Position numbers and translations under genes: made by a program. Below are positions 50,616-60,992 of a stretch of 64,000 bases of DNA, piece after piece (positions within the stretch are counted from its first letter, which is position 1; each line of letters begins with the position of its first letter). The notes under the pieces are model-generated. The model saw only the letters and a program-made list of their open reading frames with translations. It did no database searches and had not been told where the DNA came from. The DNA lies in assembly GCA_963806855.1 (NCBI GenBank), contig CAWDYW010000002.1, positions 128,001 to 192,000 on the forward strand, given 5' to 3'. The stretch is from an uncultured Verrucomicrobiae bacterium. GTDB taxonomy: Bacteria; Chlamydiota; Chlamydiia; Chlamydiales; Rhabdochlamydiaceae.

Positions 50616-51143
50616 TTACTTAGACTTAACTTCCTCTTTACGCCAAGCTTTGATGGTGGCCTCAACTTCTTCTTTGGTATAAGTCATTGATGCTGTGCCA
50701 AGTAGGCAAGATCCTTCCACCTCTAACCGCTTGCTATTCAAGACGATACGAGTCATTGAAATGTTTGGGATTATGATCCCCATATCGAGGACGATTTGGT
50801 CCTTTTCGAAAAATGCCTCATTCGTATCAAAATCAATTTTTCCCTTTAGCGCTTTTTGAATAGCCAAGGTAGCGCCCGCAGCCTGTTGGATCCCTTCGGC
50901 GCTCAACTTTTTATCGATTTTGCCCTTCAAGGCCGAGGTCAATGTAATGGTGAATTCTCCAGTCTCTAAATTCAGGTCTAAGTTTAGGGGGTTGAAGTGT
51001 TGGACTATGGCCAATAAACGGGTCTTAACTGTCTCCTTTTTCCAGGCCTCTATCTCTTCTGAAGAGAAATCTCTACATGATTTCTTTGGTACCGCTGCTG
51101 GCTGATTTACGTTAATTTCGTTAGTTGTTGCTTTTATACTCAT
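50616..51143 (-). CDS. Hypothetical protein (stand-alone beta-rich domain)
   Basis: 175-aa ORF with AAGGAG RBS; EFTITL...LKGKI matches 47066. Confidence 0.78.
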   Translation of the reverse strand: MSIKATTNEINVNQPAAVPKKSCRDFSSEEIEAWKKETVKTRLLAIVQHFNPLNLDLNLETGEFTITLTSALKGKIDKKLSAEGIQQAAGATLAIQKALKGKIDFDTNEAFFEKDQIVLDMGIIIPNISMTRIVLNSKRLEVEGSCLLGTASMTYTKEEVEATIKAWRKEEVKSK

Positions 51144-51262
51144 ATTATTACTCCTTTATAATTAATTATAATTAAAAATTATATTAAATTTCAATTAAAA
51201 TTTAATGGTTGATTTTGGAGTTAAATTTGTTCTATGATTTCTGACTTTTAGAGGAGAGGGCG

Positions 51263-51655
51263 ATGAAGCTAGGATATGTAATCATTTACGTTCAAGATGT
51301 TGCGAAGACTATTGAGTTTTACGAGAGGGCCTTTGGTCTGAAGGTGCGGTTTGTCCATGAGAGCGGCGCTTATGCTGAAATGGAGACCGGCCAGACTGCT
51401 CTGGCCTTCGCTTCCGAGGTCATGATCCAGGGCTCTCACCCTTTCCGGCCGAATCGGATTGCTGAGGAGCCGCCGGGGGTAGAGATCTGTTTGGTTGCCG
51501 AGGATGTGAAAGGGCAATTCGAGAGGGCTCTCAAGGCGGGGGCGATTTCAGTGACTAAGCCCGAGCAAAAGCCATGGGGGCAGGTGGTATCCTACGTGAG
51601 GGACAATAATGGCTGTCTGGTTGAGATCTGTAGCCCTATGGCCGTGGCAGATTAG
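51263..51655 (+). CDS. VOC/glyoxalase family protein
   Basis: YVIIYVQDV..FYERAFG, KPWGQ..SYVRDNNG.LVEI. Confidence 0.93.
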   Translation: MKLGYVIIYVQDVAKTIEFYERAFGLKVRFVHESGAYAEMETGQTALAFASEVMIQGSHPFRPNRIAEEPPGVEICLVAEDVKGQFERALKAGAISVTKPEQKPWGQVVSYVRDNNGCLVEICSPMAVAD

Positions 51656-51661
51656 ATAAAA

Positions 51662-51691
51662 AAAGAGACCGCTGATTAGGGCGGTCTCTTT
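51662..51691. terminator. Bidirectional intrinsic terminator
   Basis: AAAGAGACCGC-loop-GCGGTCTCTTT. Confidence 0.85.
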
Positions 51692-51720
51692 GTTTTTAAC
51701 ATATTGATATTTAAGGTGAT

Positions 51721-52665
51721 TTAAGTGTTCTCCCCTTGAGCTTGTTTGAGGTTGAACTCGGTCATCACAGGGCGATGATCTGAGGCGTTGGAAGGGATAT
51801 TGTCTGCGTCCAAGCCAAAGCTTAAGAGAACGCTAGTTAATTCAGCTTGAATGAGGGGTGGTTTCTTAGTTAACCAACCAAGCAATCCTTGTTGGCGGGG
51901 CGTGCCATCTCTAGAAAAAATGAAGTCGAGTTCTCGTTCACGATAGCTGCCCTTCGGATAGACTTCAGTCGTCTCACGTGTACGGTGGGTTTGGAAGCCT
52001 GCGTTTTCTAATTTTTTAAATCGATGCTCCCATTGCTGTTGGGGGGTCCTATTTTGATCCAATTTTTCAGGATTCGCATTCATATCGGCGCCGAAGACTT
52101 GAACTTTTACTTGGTGCTGCTCGGCTAATTGATCCATCTTGGTGATCACACCTTGAACATAACGATCGCCTGTCTCAGCATCTTGTTGGTCAACTCTGTT
52201 TTCCTCTAAAGAGCAACCAGGAACGTGGCCTGTAGCAAACATGACTCTTTGTTTAGTGCGGCTGTCTTTGGCGATGACAATTGGGGTATCGCCACCATCG
52301 ATGATTTGGGAGCAATTGACGATATCTTGAAATCGATCTTTTCTAATGAGAATCGCGCAATCATTAATGTAAGCTGGTCTTTTTGCTTTGTCTTTAGTTT
52401 TTGTGACGTTTAGGAGTTTAAAACCCTCGCTTTTAAGAGCTTTAAGAAGGGGTCTGTCCTTTTCAAATACCTCCTGTAGCATGATCACATCGACTTGTCC
52501 GCGGGAAGTTAGGTCCTTGAAAACGGCCGCGGTTTTATGTTGTGAAATTGCATATTCCTCTTCAGTAGGTTCAATGTTGTTGTGGCGGCATACAAAAGAG
52601 TAATCATTCTGACCACCACCCATATTATATGTGACTACGTTTAGATTTGAGTTATTATTTAGCAT
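51721..52665 (-). CDS. Endonuclease/exonuclease/phosphatase (EEP) family protein
   Basis: VVTYNM, DVIMLQEV, TGH, GADMNA, LDFIF, SDHRPV. Confidence 0.9.
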   Translation of the reverse strand: MLNNNSNLNVVTYNMGGGQNDYSFVCRHNNIEPTEEEYAISQHKTAAVFKDLTSRGQVDVIMLQEVFEKDRPLLKALKSEGFKLLNVTKTKDKAKRPAYINDCAILIRKDRFQDIVNCSQIIDGGDTPIVIAKDSRTKQRVMFATGHVPGCSLEENRVDQQDAETGDRYVQGVITKMDQLAEQHQVKVQVFGADMNANPEKLDQNRTPQQQWEHRFKKLENAGFQTHRTRETTEVYPKGSYRERELDFIFSRDGTPRQQGLLGWLTKKPPLIQAELTSVLLSFGLDADNIPSNASDHRPVMTEFNLKQAQGENT

Positions 52666-52746
52666 ATTACTTCTCCATATTATTGTGTTTATGTAAAAAT
52701 AATTATACTATATAATTAATTTTTTGTAAAGTAATTAATTATGAGT

Positions 52747-52836
52747 TTATTTTATATTAAATAGAGCTTTTTTCAAAAACTTGGACGTATAGGACTTAGG
52801 ATGCTTGGCGATTTCTTCACCGCGGCTTCCTGTTCC
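52747..52836 (-). pseudogene. Relic of the uvrA 3' end with an in-frame internal deletion
   Basis: Encodes GTGSRGEEIAKHPKSYTSKFLKKALFNIK* versus uvrA EAGSRG(GEIVCQGTP)[19 protein letters not shown]. Confidence 0.85.
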
Positions 52837-52837
52837 T

Positions 52838-53141
52838 TTAAAATATTAAATACATGGCTAGGTTATAGATCCCATATGCTGCTGCCAACACGCCCGCGGC
52901 TTTAATTGCATTGGAAATTGGCGAACTGATCGGATTCACCGGCTGACTGAGAAGGTCTATTTCACGTTTTTTAATTTAACTCATCTTGCTTCTGTTGCTC
53001 AAGTGAAGCGAAATCATATTGTTGCAAAGGATATCGCTTAGAAGGACATCGCTGCACAGTATTTTGATCAGGCCCCTTTCTCTCAGCCTCAATGTGGGCT
53101 CCCTTGGGGTTAAAAAAGTTTAGTAATCCTTGAATGCTCAT
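52838..53141 (-). pseudogene. Small tail-anchored protein gene interrupted by one frameshift near 52972 (not in the ORF track)
   Basis: GAAGGAG RBS plus MSIQGLLNFF...; continuation KKREIDLL...AAGVLAAAYGIYNLAMYLIF* in a shifted frame. Confidence 0.55.
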
Positions 53142-53326
53142 TATTTGCTCCTTCTTAAATTATTAATTTTAATTATAGAAAATAATTTATTATTAATACA
53201 ATATATTCTTTAATTTTTAATAGCCAGTAACTTGCTATTTTAGTGTGATTATTTTGTTTAATTTAAATATTTATGTACGATATAATTAAATTTATATTAA
53301 CAATTCATTTTAACAAGGAGTAAATA

Positions 53327-53710
53327 ATGGCCAGTTTAAAAACATTTTTAGAAAAATCGTTTAGTTCATATGGAGTCACTGCAGCCGATCGGGCCTTTCT
53401 GATTAATGCTGCTGCTGATTCAAAGGGGACAAAAATTGGAAAAAATATTGGCAGATCGGCAACTTCTGTCCTATTGGCTATCGCCACATTTGTTGAATTT
53501 TTTGCTCTCACACTTCCTTTCGCTATTCTCGTTGGCGTCCCTTATTGGGTGGTTAAGGGAGGGTCGCCTGAAGTAGTGGCGAAGCGGTTGAATTCAAATG
53601 ACGTGGCTTTTGCAAATTCAATTCGTGGAATTTTCTGCTGTCGTCCGATGCATGCAGCGCCCCCAATCGGTGAAGCTATTCCATTAGTGCCTAGGGGACC
53701 TCAGCAGTGA
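53327..53710 (+). CDS. Hypothetical membrane protein
   Basis: 127 aa, AAGGAG RBS, long hydrophobic stretch. Confidence 0.75.
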   Translation: MASLKTFLEKSFSSYGVTAADRAFLINAAADSKGTKIGKNIGRSATSVLLAIATFVEFFALTLPFAILVGVPYWVVKGGSPEVVAKRLNSNDVAFANSIRGIFCCRPMHAAPPIGEAIPLVPRGPQQ

Positions 53711-53722
53711 TCTTAATCTTAC

Positions 53723-53762
53723 AATCCCTATCTCGTTTATCCTTCCTGACGAGATAGGGATT
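53723..53762. terminator. Intrinsic terminator between convergent genes
   Basis: AATCCCTATCTCGT-loop-ACGAGATAGGGATT. Confidence 0.85.
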
Positions 53763-53767
53763 TTTCT

Positions 53768-56700
53768 TTAAATTCGTTCTTTCAAATACTTGGCCGTATA
53801 AGACTTAGGATCCTTGACAACTTCTTCTGGGGTGCCTTGGCAGACGATTTCTCCACCACGGCTACCTGCTTCTGGGCCGAGGTCGATGATGTAGTCGGCA
53901 TTGGCAATCACATCGAGGTTGTGTTCGATGATGATGACGGTATTGCCTCGTTCGACAAGGGAATGGAAAATTTTCAGTAAAGGGACGATGTCGGAGCTGT
54001 GCAGGCCAATCGTCGGTTCGTCGAAAAGATAGAGCGTCTTCCCTGTTGAGCGTTTAGAGAGCTCTCGAGCCAATCTTAAGCGTTGCGCCTCACCGCCTGA
54101 GAGAGTGGCGATTTCTTGCCCCAGTTGCAAATACCCCAAGCCCACCGAAACCAAGGTCTCCAAAATCCGGACCGCTTTGGGGATGGGAACGAGCCATTGC
54201 AGGGTCTCTTCGACGTTCATTTCTAAGACTTGGCCGAGGTGTTTGCCTTTGGTCTTCACTTGGAGCGATTGGGGGTTGAGGCGGAAGCCGTTGCAGGCGT
54301 CGCAGAGGACTCGGATGGGTGGGAGGAACTGCATCTCGACTTTTCGCTTCCCGAGGCCCCAGCACTTCATGCACATCCCTTTGAGGTGGTTTGAGCTGAA
54401 GTTTTTGGGCTTCAGTCCGCGTGCTTTGGCTTCGGGGAGTTCGGCGAAAAACTGCCGTAGGGGAGCCGAGAGGTCTGTGTAGGTGTTGATGTCGGCACGG
54501 TTGGTGTGGCCGATCGGGTTTTGATCGATCACGAGCATTTTGTCGAAGGCTTTGACGCCGGTGATGTGTGCGCCAGCGTAGGTGATGCTCTCGGGTTGTT
54601 TTCTGGTAGCGAGGACTTGTTGCATCGCGGGGCGGAGCAGGTCATTGATCAAGGTCGATTTGCCCGATCCAGAGACGCCAGTGATACAGGTGAGGATGCC
54701 GACGGGCAAATCGACGGAGAGATTTTTCAGGTTGTGCAGGCGGGCATTTTCGATCCGGAGGGTGGTTTTGAAGGGGCGTCTTTTCTCGGGGATGGGGACC
54801 TTTTTTTTGCCGCTCAGGTAGGCTCCGGTGAGCGAATTGGGGTTTTTCTTAATCTGCGCCAGGGTACCGCTTGCCATGATCTCTCCACCATGCTTTCCGG
54901 CAGAGGGGCCAAAGTCGATGATGTGGTCGGCGATTTCGATGGTCATCGGGTCATGTTCGACCATCAGGAGGGTGTTGCCTTGGTCGCACAGCTTTCGGAG
55001 GGAGTGATTGAGCAGGGCGTTGTTATGGGGATGGAGACCGATCGTCGGCTCATCTAAGACATAGAGACAGCCGGTTAGCCAACTTCCCAATTGGCGGGCC
55101 AATCGAATTCTTTGGGTCTCTCCGCCGCTCAAACTGGGGGCAGAGCGGTCGAGGGAGAGGTAGCCGAGGCCAATTTCATTGAGGAAATGGAGCCGGTGTT
55201 TCAGCTGAGATAGAGTCTCGTCGAGCAGGGGGTCTTTCAGTTCGATGTTGTCGATGAACTGCTCGGCCTCGCTGAGGGGCAAGGCACACAGGTCGGCGAT
55301 GGAGAGTTTGCCGATCCGGACGTTGCGGGCGAGGGGATTGAGGCGGGTGCCATGGCAGGAGGGGCAGGTGATCTGTTCGACCCAGAAGGCGAGTTCTTCT
55401 TTCAGGTCGTTTGTTGCCGATTTGGCCAGTTTGGCGAAGATGGGGCCGAGGCCGATGAATTTGAGTGAGTACCCTTTTCTCTCGAGAGGGATGTCGGAGC
55501 CATTGAGGATGATCTGCAGCTTTTCGGAGGGGAGTTTTTCGAGGGGGCAGTCGGAGTCTACTCCTAAGTGCTCCATCATCTCTTCGAAGAGTCTTAGAGC
55601 GCTTCTGACTCCATAGTCTTTCCAGAGTTTTTTCATCAGGGCGTAGGGGCTCATCCGCATGATCAAGCGGTGCTTTTGCAGGTTGGCCCCAAATTGGAAG
55701 CCGAGGCCTAAACAGTCCATGCACATCCCGTGGCCGGTGTTGAAGGAAAAGGTGTGCGGGGTGATCGGAGGGTAGGATTTGCCGGTGGTCGGGTCGGCGA
55801 AGGCGAGGTTGTAGAAGATATCTTGGTCGCCGTTTTGGACGATGAGGGTGTTGCCTGCGATTTTTGCGGCGGTATCGATCGCCTCGTAGATCCGCTTTTT
55901 CGATTTGACGGCAATCGTGAGCCGGTCGACGATCAGGAGTACTTGGTTTTTGCGCCGTTTATCGAAGGGGATTTCGACGTCGAGCTCGTAGACTTGGCCG
56001 TTGAGTCTAATACGCAAAAAGCCTTCTCTCAAAAGACGCTCTTTGAGCTGCTCAAAGCCCTCTTTCAGATCGAGGGGAGCGAGGATTTGGATCTTGGTGC
56101 TTTCGGGCAGCTCCATCAGCTGATTGAGGACGAAGTCTTTGCTGATTGATCGGATTTCTTCGCCGGTTTCGGGACAGTAGGCGATGCCGAGGTGGGCAAA
56201 GAGGATCGCGCAGGTAGTCGTAGGCTTCGGTCATGGTGCCGATGGTGGTGCGGGGATTGCCGGCGTGGCTTTTTTGTTCGATGGCAATCGCGGCGAGAGA
56301 GCCCTTCGATCGCTTCGACTTTGGGCTTGGGCATCTGTTTGACAAATTGGCGCGCATAGGCGGACAGCGACTCGATATAGCGCCGCTGCCCTTCGGCGTA
56401 GACGGTTTCGAAGGCAAACGAGATTTTGCCCGAGCCGGAGGGGCCGGTGCAGAGGGTGATTTTGCCGCGGGGGATGTGAGCGTTGACTGCTTTAAGGTTG
56501 TTTTGCTCTGCTCTCTCGATTTCGATGATGTCTCGTGACGGACGGTGCTTTTTTCTTGGCCGTTTGGCGACGGTGAGCGGTCTGAAGATTGAGGGCAGCG
56601 TATCAGGCCTTTCCTGTTGGGGTCTTCAGTTTGGCGATCTTCTCGGGCGTGCCCGGTTGCGACGATCTCTCCCCCGCCTTTTCCGCCCTCGGGGCCTAGT

Positions 56701-59402
56701 CGATGATCCAGTCGGCTGTTTTGACCAGATCCATGTTGTGCTCGATCACGAGAACCGTATTGCCTCTGTCGACGAGCTTTTGCAGCACATCGATCAGTTT
56801 GGGATGTCGTGGAAATGGAGCCCGGTCGTCGGCTCATCGAGGATGTAGAGGGTTTTGCCGGTTGAGGGCCGGAGAGTTCTTTGGCGAGCTTGATCCGCTG
56901 CGCTTCGCCGCCAGAAAGGGTAGGGGAGGGTTGACCGAGTTTGATATAGCCGAGGCCGACTTCATGCAGCGTCTCGAGTTTTCTTTGATGTGCGGGAATC
57001 GGCTCAAAAAATTCGAGCGCGTCGGCGACGGTCATCTCCAAGACGTCGTAGATGTTTTTGCCCTTGTAGAGGACGGAGAGGGTTTCTTGGTCGAAGCGCT
57101 TGCCCTTTGCAGTGCTCGCAGGTCGACCCACTCGTCTTCCATGAAGTCCATGTCGATCTTGATCATCCCCATGCCGCCGCAATGGGGGCAGGAGCCCTCT
57201 TTGACGTTGAAGCTGAAGCGGCCCGGCTTGATACCCTTGAGCTTCACTTTCGGGCAGCTTGGCGAAGAGATCGCGGATCTCATCGAAGAGTTTGATGTAG
57301 GTGGCGGGATTGGAGCGGGGAGTGCGGCCGATCGGCGATTGGTCGATGGCGATCACTTTGTCGATCTCTTCGATTCCTTTGATCGCTTTATGTTTGCCGA
57401 CGCTCAACGAGGCATTGTGGAGGGCGATTGGAGAGGCAGGATAGAGGATATCGGTGATGAGCGACGATTTTCCCGATCCCGAGACGCCGGTGACGGCGAC
57501 AAGCATCTCGAGCGGGATTTCGACCGATACATTTTTTAAGTTGTGGTGCGTGCTCCTACGATTTCCAGGCTCTTTTTCGGATCTTGACGCCGTTTTTTGG
57601 GGATGGCGATCGTTCTTCTTGCCGGTCAAGATAGGCGCCGGTGAGCGATTCTGGGACTTTGCAGAAGATCGTTGAGAGTCGCCTGAGACGATGATTTCGC
57701 CGCCCAACTTGCCGGCGAGCGGCCCCACATCGACGATGTGATCGGCAGCGAGGATCGTCTCTTCATCGTGCTCGACGACGATCACCGTGTTGCCACTATC
57801 GCAGAGGGCTCTGAGCGAGTCGAGCAGTTGGTATTGTCGCGCGGATGGAGCCCAATCGACGGCTCATCGAGGACATAGGTCGCGCCGACAAGGCCTGAGC
57901 CGATCTGCGAAGCGAGACGCACCCGCTGCGCTTCTCCGCCTGAAAGCGTGGGGGCGGTCCGGTCGAGCGTCAAATAGTGCAGGCCGACATCGAAGAGGAA
58001 ATTGAGCCTTCGCGGATCTCTTTGATCAGCTCTCGGCGATGATCGAGCTCCTCTTCCGTTAGACGAGTGTCTCGAAAAAATGCGAGCGCTTCTTCGATGG
58101 ACAGAGCGGTGATCTCGATGAATCGTCTGTCCTCTGAACTGCGTCGCAGCAGGATAGGGCTTGATCCTGCGCGCCATGGCATCGGGGCAGACCGACTCTT
58201 CCATCAGCTCTTCCATATTTTGCCGGTAGACATCGCTCTTCGCTTCTTGGATACCGTCTGTTTGGCCTCGTGCAAGACCCCTCGCCACTGCACATACTCG
58301 GTCCAGCTCTGATTCTTGGTCGGATGGACGAAATCGCATCTGCATCCATTTTTCTCCGTCCCATAGAGAAAGATCTTGTTTGGCCTTCTCTGAGAGCTTT
58401 TTCCAGGGAGTGTTGACACTGAAATTGTAGATCCTGGCCAGATTGTTGTAGATATTTCCAAAGCGGACCGTTTGATAAGAACTTGCGACGATGCAGCAGT
58501 CTTCCGCGATGCTCTTTTCTGGATCAATGATCTTTTCGAGATCAAATTCTTGGATCGTCCCGAGGCCCTGGCAAGTCGGACACATCCCGCTAGGGTGATT
58601 GAAGGAGAAGTCATACGGCTCCAGCGGACCGTAGGAGAGTCCCGATTTGGGGGAATAGGCATGCTGCGAAAAGAGCTTCTCTTCATCCCGTGTCGGGATT
58701 CGAACGTCATGCAGCCCTTGCCCGCATCAAGCGCCTGGGAGACCGCTTCGTCAAGCCGCGTCTGTTCTCTCGCGCACCACCATCCGGTCGATGACGATAT
58801 CGACATCGTGCGCGACCTTCCCATCGACCGCAATCTCTTCGCTCAAATCGATGATCTTCCCATCGAGCCGAACGCGGGTATAGCCTTTGCGCACAAGTTC
58901 TGCGAAATCGTCTTTAAATTCGCCTTTTTTCCTTTTGGCAAAAGGGGCCAGGACGATGAGTTTCGATTTTCCGGCAGTTGCTGGATCTGACGCAGAGATC
59001 TGCTCTGTGCTTTGAGGCGTCACCACTTCGCCGCTGACAGGGCAATGGGGGATGCCGACGCGTGCAAAGAGCACCCGCAGAAGTCGTAGATGCCGGTCAT
59101 CGTGCCGACAGTCGAGCGGGGATTGCGCCCAGCCGTCTTTTGTTCGATGGCAATCGTCGGCGAGATGCCCTGATCAATTCTGCATCGGGCTTGGGCAAAT
59201 CGCCCAGATGGCGTCTGGCATACGTCGAAAGCGACTCGATATAGCGCCGCTGCCCTTCGACATAGATCGTGTCAAAGGCAAGAGACGACTTTCCCGACCC
59301 CGAAACTCCCGTAAAGACGATCAGCTGGTTCGGGTCGAGAGTCAAATCGACGTCCTTGAGGTTATGGACTCCAACCTTCTTTAATACAATCTTTTGAGTC
59401 AT
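53768..59402 (-). CDS. uvrA: Excinuclease ABC subunit A, double-length chlamydial type; many apparent frameshifts in 56100-59400
   Basis: [12 protein letters not shown] repeated, four LSGGE(A/T)QR signatures, CxxC zinc fingers, fragments collinear across frames. Confidence 0.93.
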
Positions 59403-59454
59403 AGGTTACTATAATACCCCGCGAAAGAGTTGAGAACAAGGCCTTAGGTGGCAT

Positions 59455-60920
59455 ATGATGACGAATATGAGAACACGTACAAAAATTATTTGCACCATCG
59501 GCCCCTCTGTTAGCTCTTACGAGAAAATCCTCGAGCTGATCGATGCTGGGATGAATGTGGCCAGGCTCAATTTTCAGCCATGGCACCCACGAAGAGCATC
59601 AGAAGATCATTCAGAACCTCAAACGAGGCCCGCGCAGAGAAAAAAGTCCCCCTCGCCATCATGCTCGACACCAAAGGGCCCGAAATCCGGATCGGCAAAT
59701 CAAGCAGCGAGCTCCTCACGTCCAGACAGGAAGAGATGGCTCCTCGTACAAAGAGGAACTGACCGAAGCGAGACACATCCCCGTCTACCCCGCAATCGCC
59801 CTCAAACGCCCTCGATAAATGGCCCGGACGTCATCGTCCTCTTCGACGACGGCTATATCGCCTCCCGAAGTGCATCGAAAATGAGCCGCAACGGAGTCGT
59901 CGTCCAAATTCGTCAACGGCGGACAGATCAAGAGCTCGAAAAGGGGTCAATATCCCCAATGTCGACCTCAAGCTGCCTGCCATGACCGAGCAAGATGTCG
60001 AAGATATCCGATTTGGCTGCGAGACACGATGTCGATCTCATCGCAGCCTCCTTCATCCGCTCAGCCGAACATGTCTGCAAATCAGAGAGCTACTTGAGAT
60101 CAAGGAAAAAGCCGATATCCTGATCATCGCCAAAATCGAAACCATGGATTGGCGTGCAAAATTTCGAAAGCATCGTCCAAGTAGGCCGACGGGATCATGG
60201 TCGCCCGCGGCGATCTCGGGGTCGAACTCCCGATCGAACCGTACCCGTCCTGCAAAAAATGATGATCCGCAAATGCTATCTAGCAGGCAAGCCCGTCGTG
60301 ACCGCGACCCAAATGCTCGAATCGATGATCAAAACCCCCGTCCGACCCGTGCCGAAGCCTCCGATGTCGCCAATGCGATTTACGATAGCACCTCAGCCGT
60401 CATGCTCTCCGGGGAGACCGCCGTCGGGAAATACCCCATCGAAACCGTCAAAGTGATGCGCTCCATCGTCGAGTCGGCCGAGTCAGATTTTCCCTACCGT
60501 GATTTTTTCCACCACGAATCGCGCATCGACTGCCAAGACATCTCAACAGCCATCTCCCTTGCGACAGTCCGCACCGCCTACAGCCTCGATGCCAAAGCGA
60601 TCTTCGCCTTCACCTCCAGTGGAGTCACCGCCCGCCTCATCTCTCGCTACCGGCCCGAAATGCCGATCATCGCCCTGACCGACAACGTCAAAACCTACCA
60701 CCAGCTCGCCTTCAATTGGGGCGTCATCCCCGTCGACCCCACCCCCACCAAGAACGCCCGCGAGGCCCTCGCCATCACCAGCGCCTTTGCCCACAAACGA
60801 AACCTCATCCAACATGGCGACCATGTCATCGTGACTACCGGCACCCCGTTCGGCATCAAAGGGACAACCAATAGCATGTTTGTCGAGTGTATAGATGGAA
60901 AGGCCGAAGGCAATGATTAA
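59455..60920 (+). CDS. pyk: Pyruvate kinase; many apparent frameshifts before about 60350
   Basis: [61 protein letters not shown]. Confidence 0.93.
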
Positions 60921-60929
60921 CAGGCATAA

Positions 60930-60963
60930 AAAAACATCTTCCCCGAGTGAGGAAGATGTTTTT
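60930..60963. terminator. Bidirectional intrinsic terminator
   Basis: AAAAACATCTTCC-loop-GGAAGATGTTTTT. Confidence 0.85.
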
Positions 60964-60992
60964 GTGAGATCTTGATCCGAGAATATTATACT

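Noticed and set aside
56100..60350. Programmed frameshifting or true pseudogenisation of uvrA and pyk
   Set aside because: Indels are too many, irregular and confined to one interval; sequencing error is more parsimonious.
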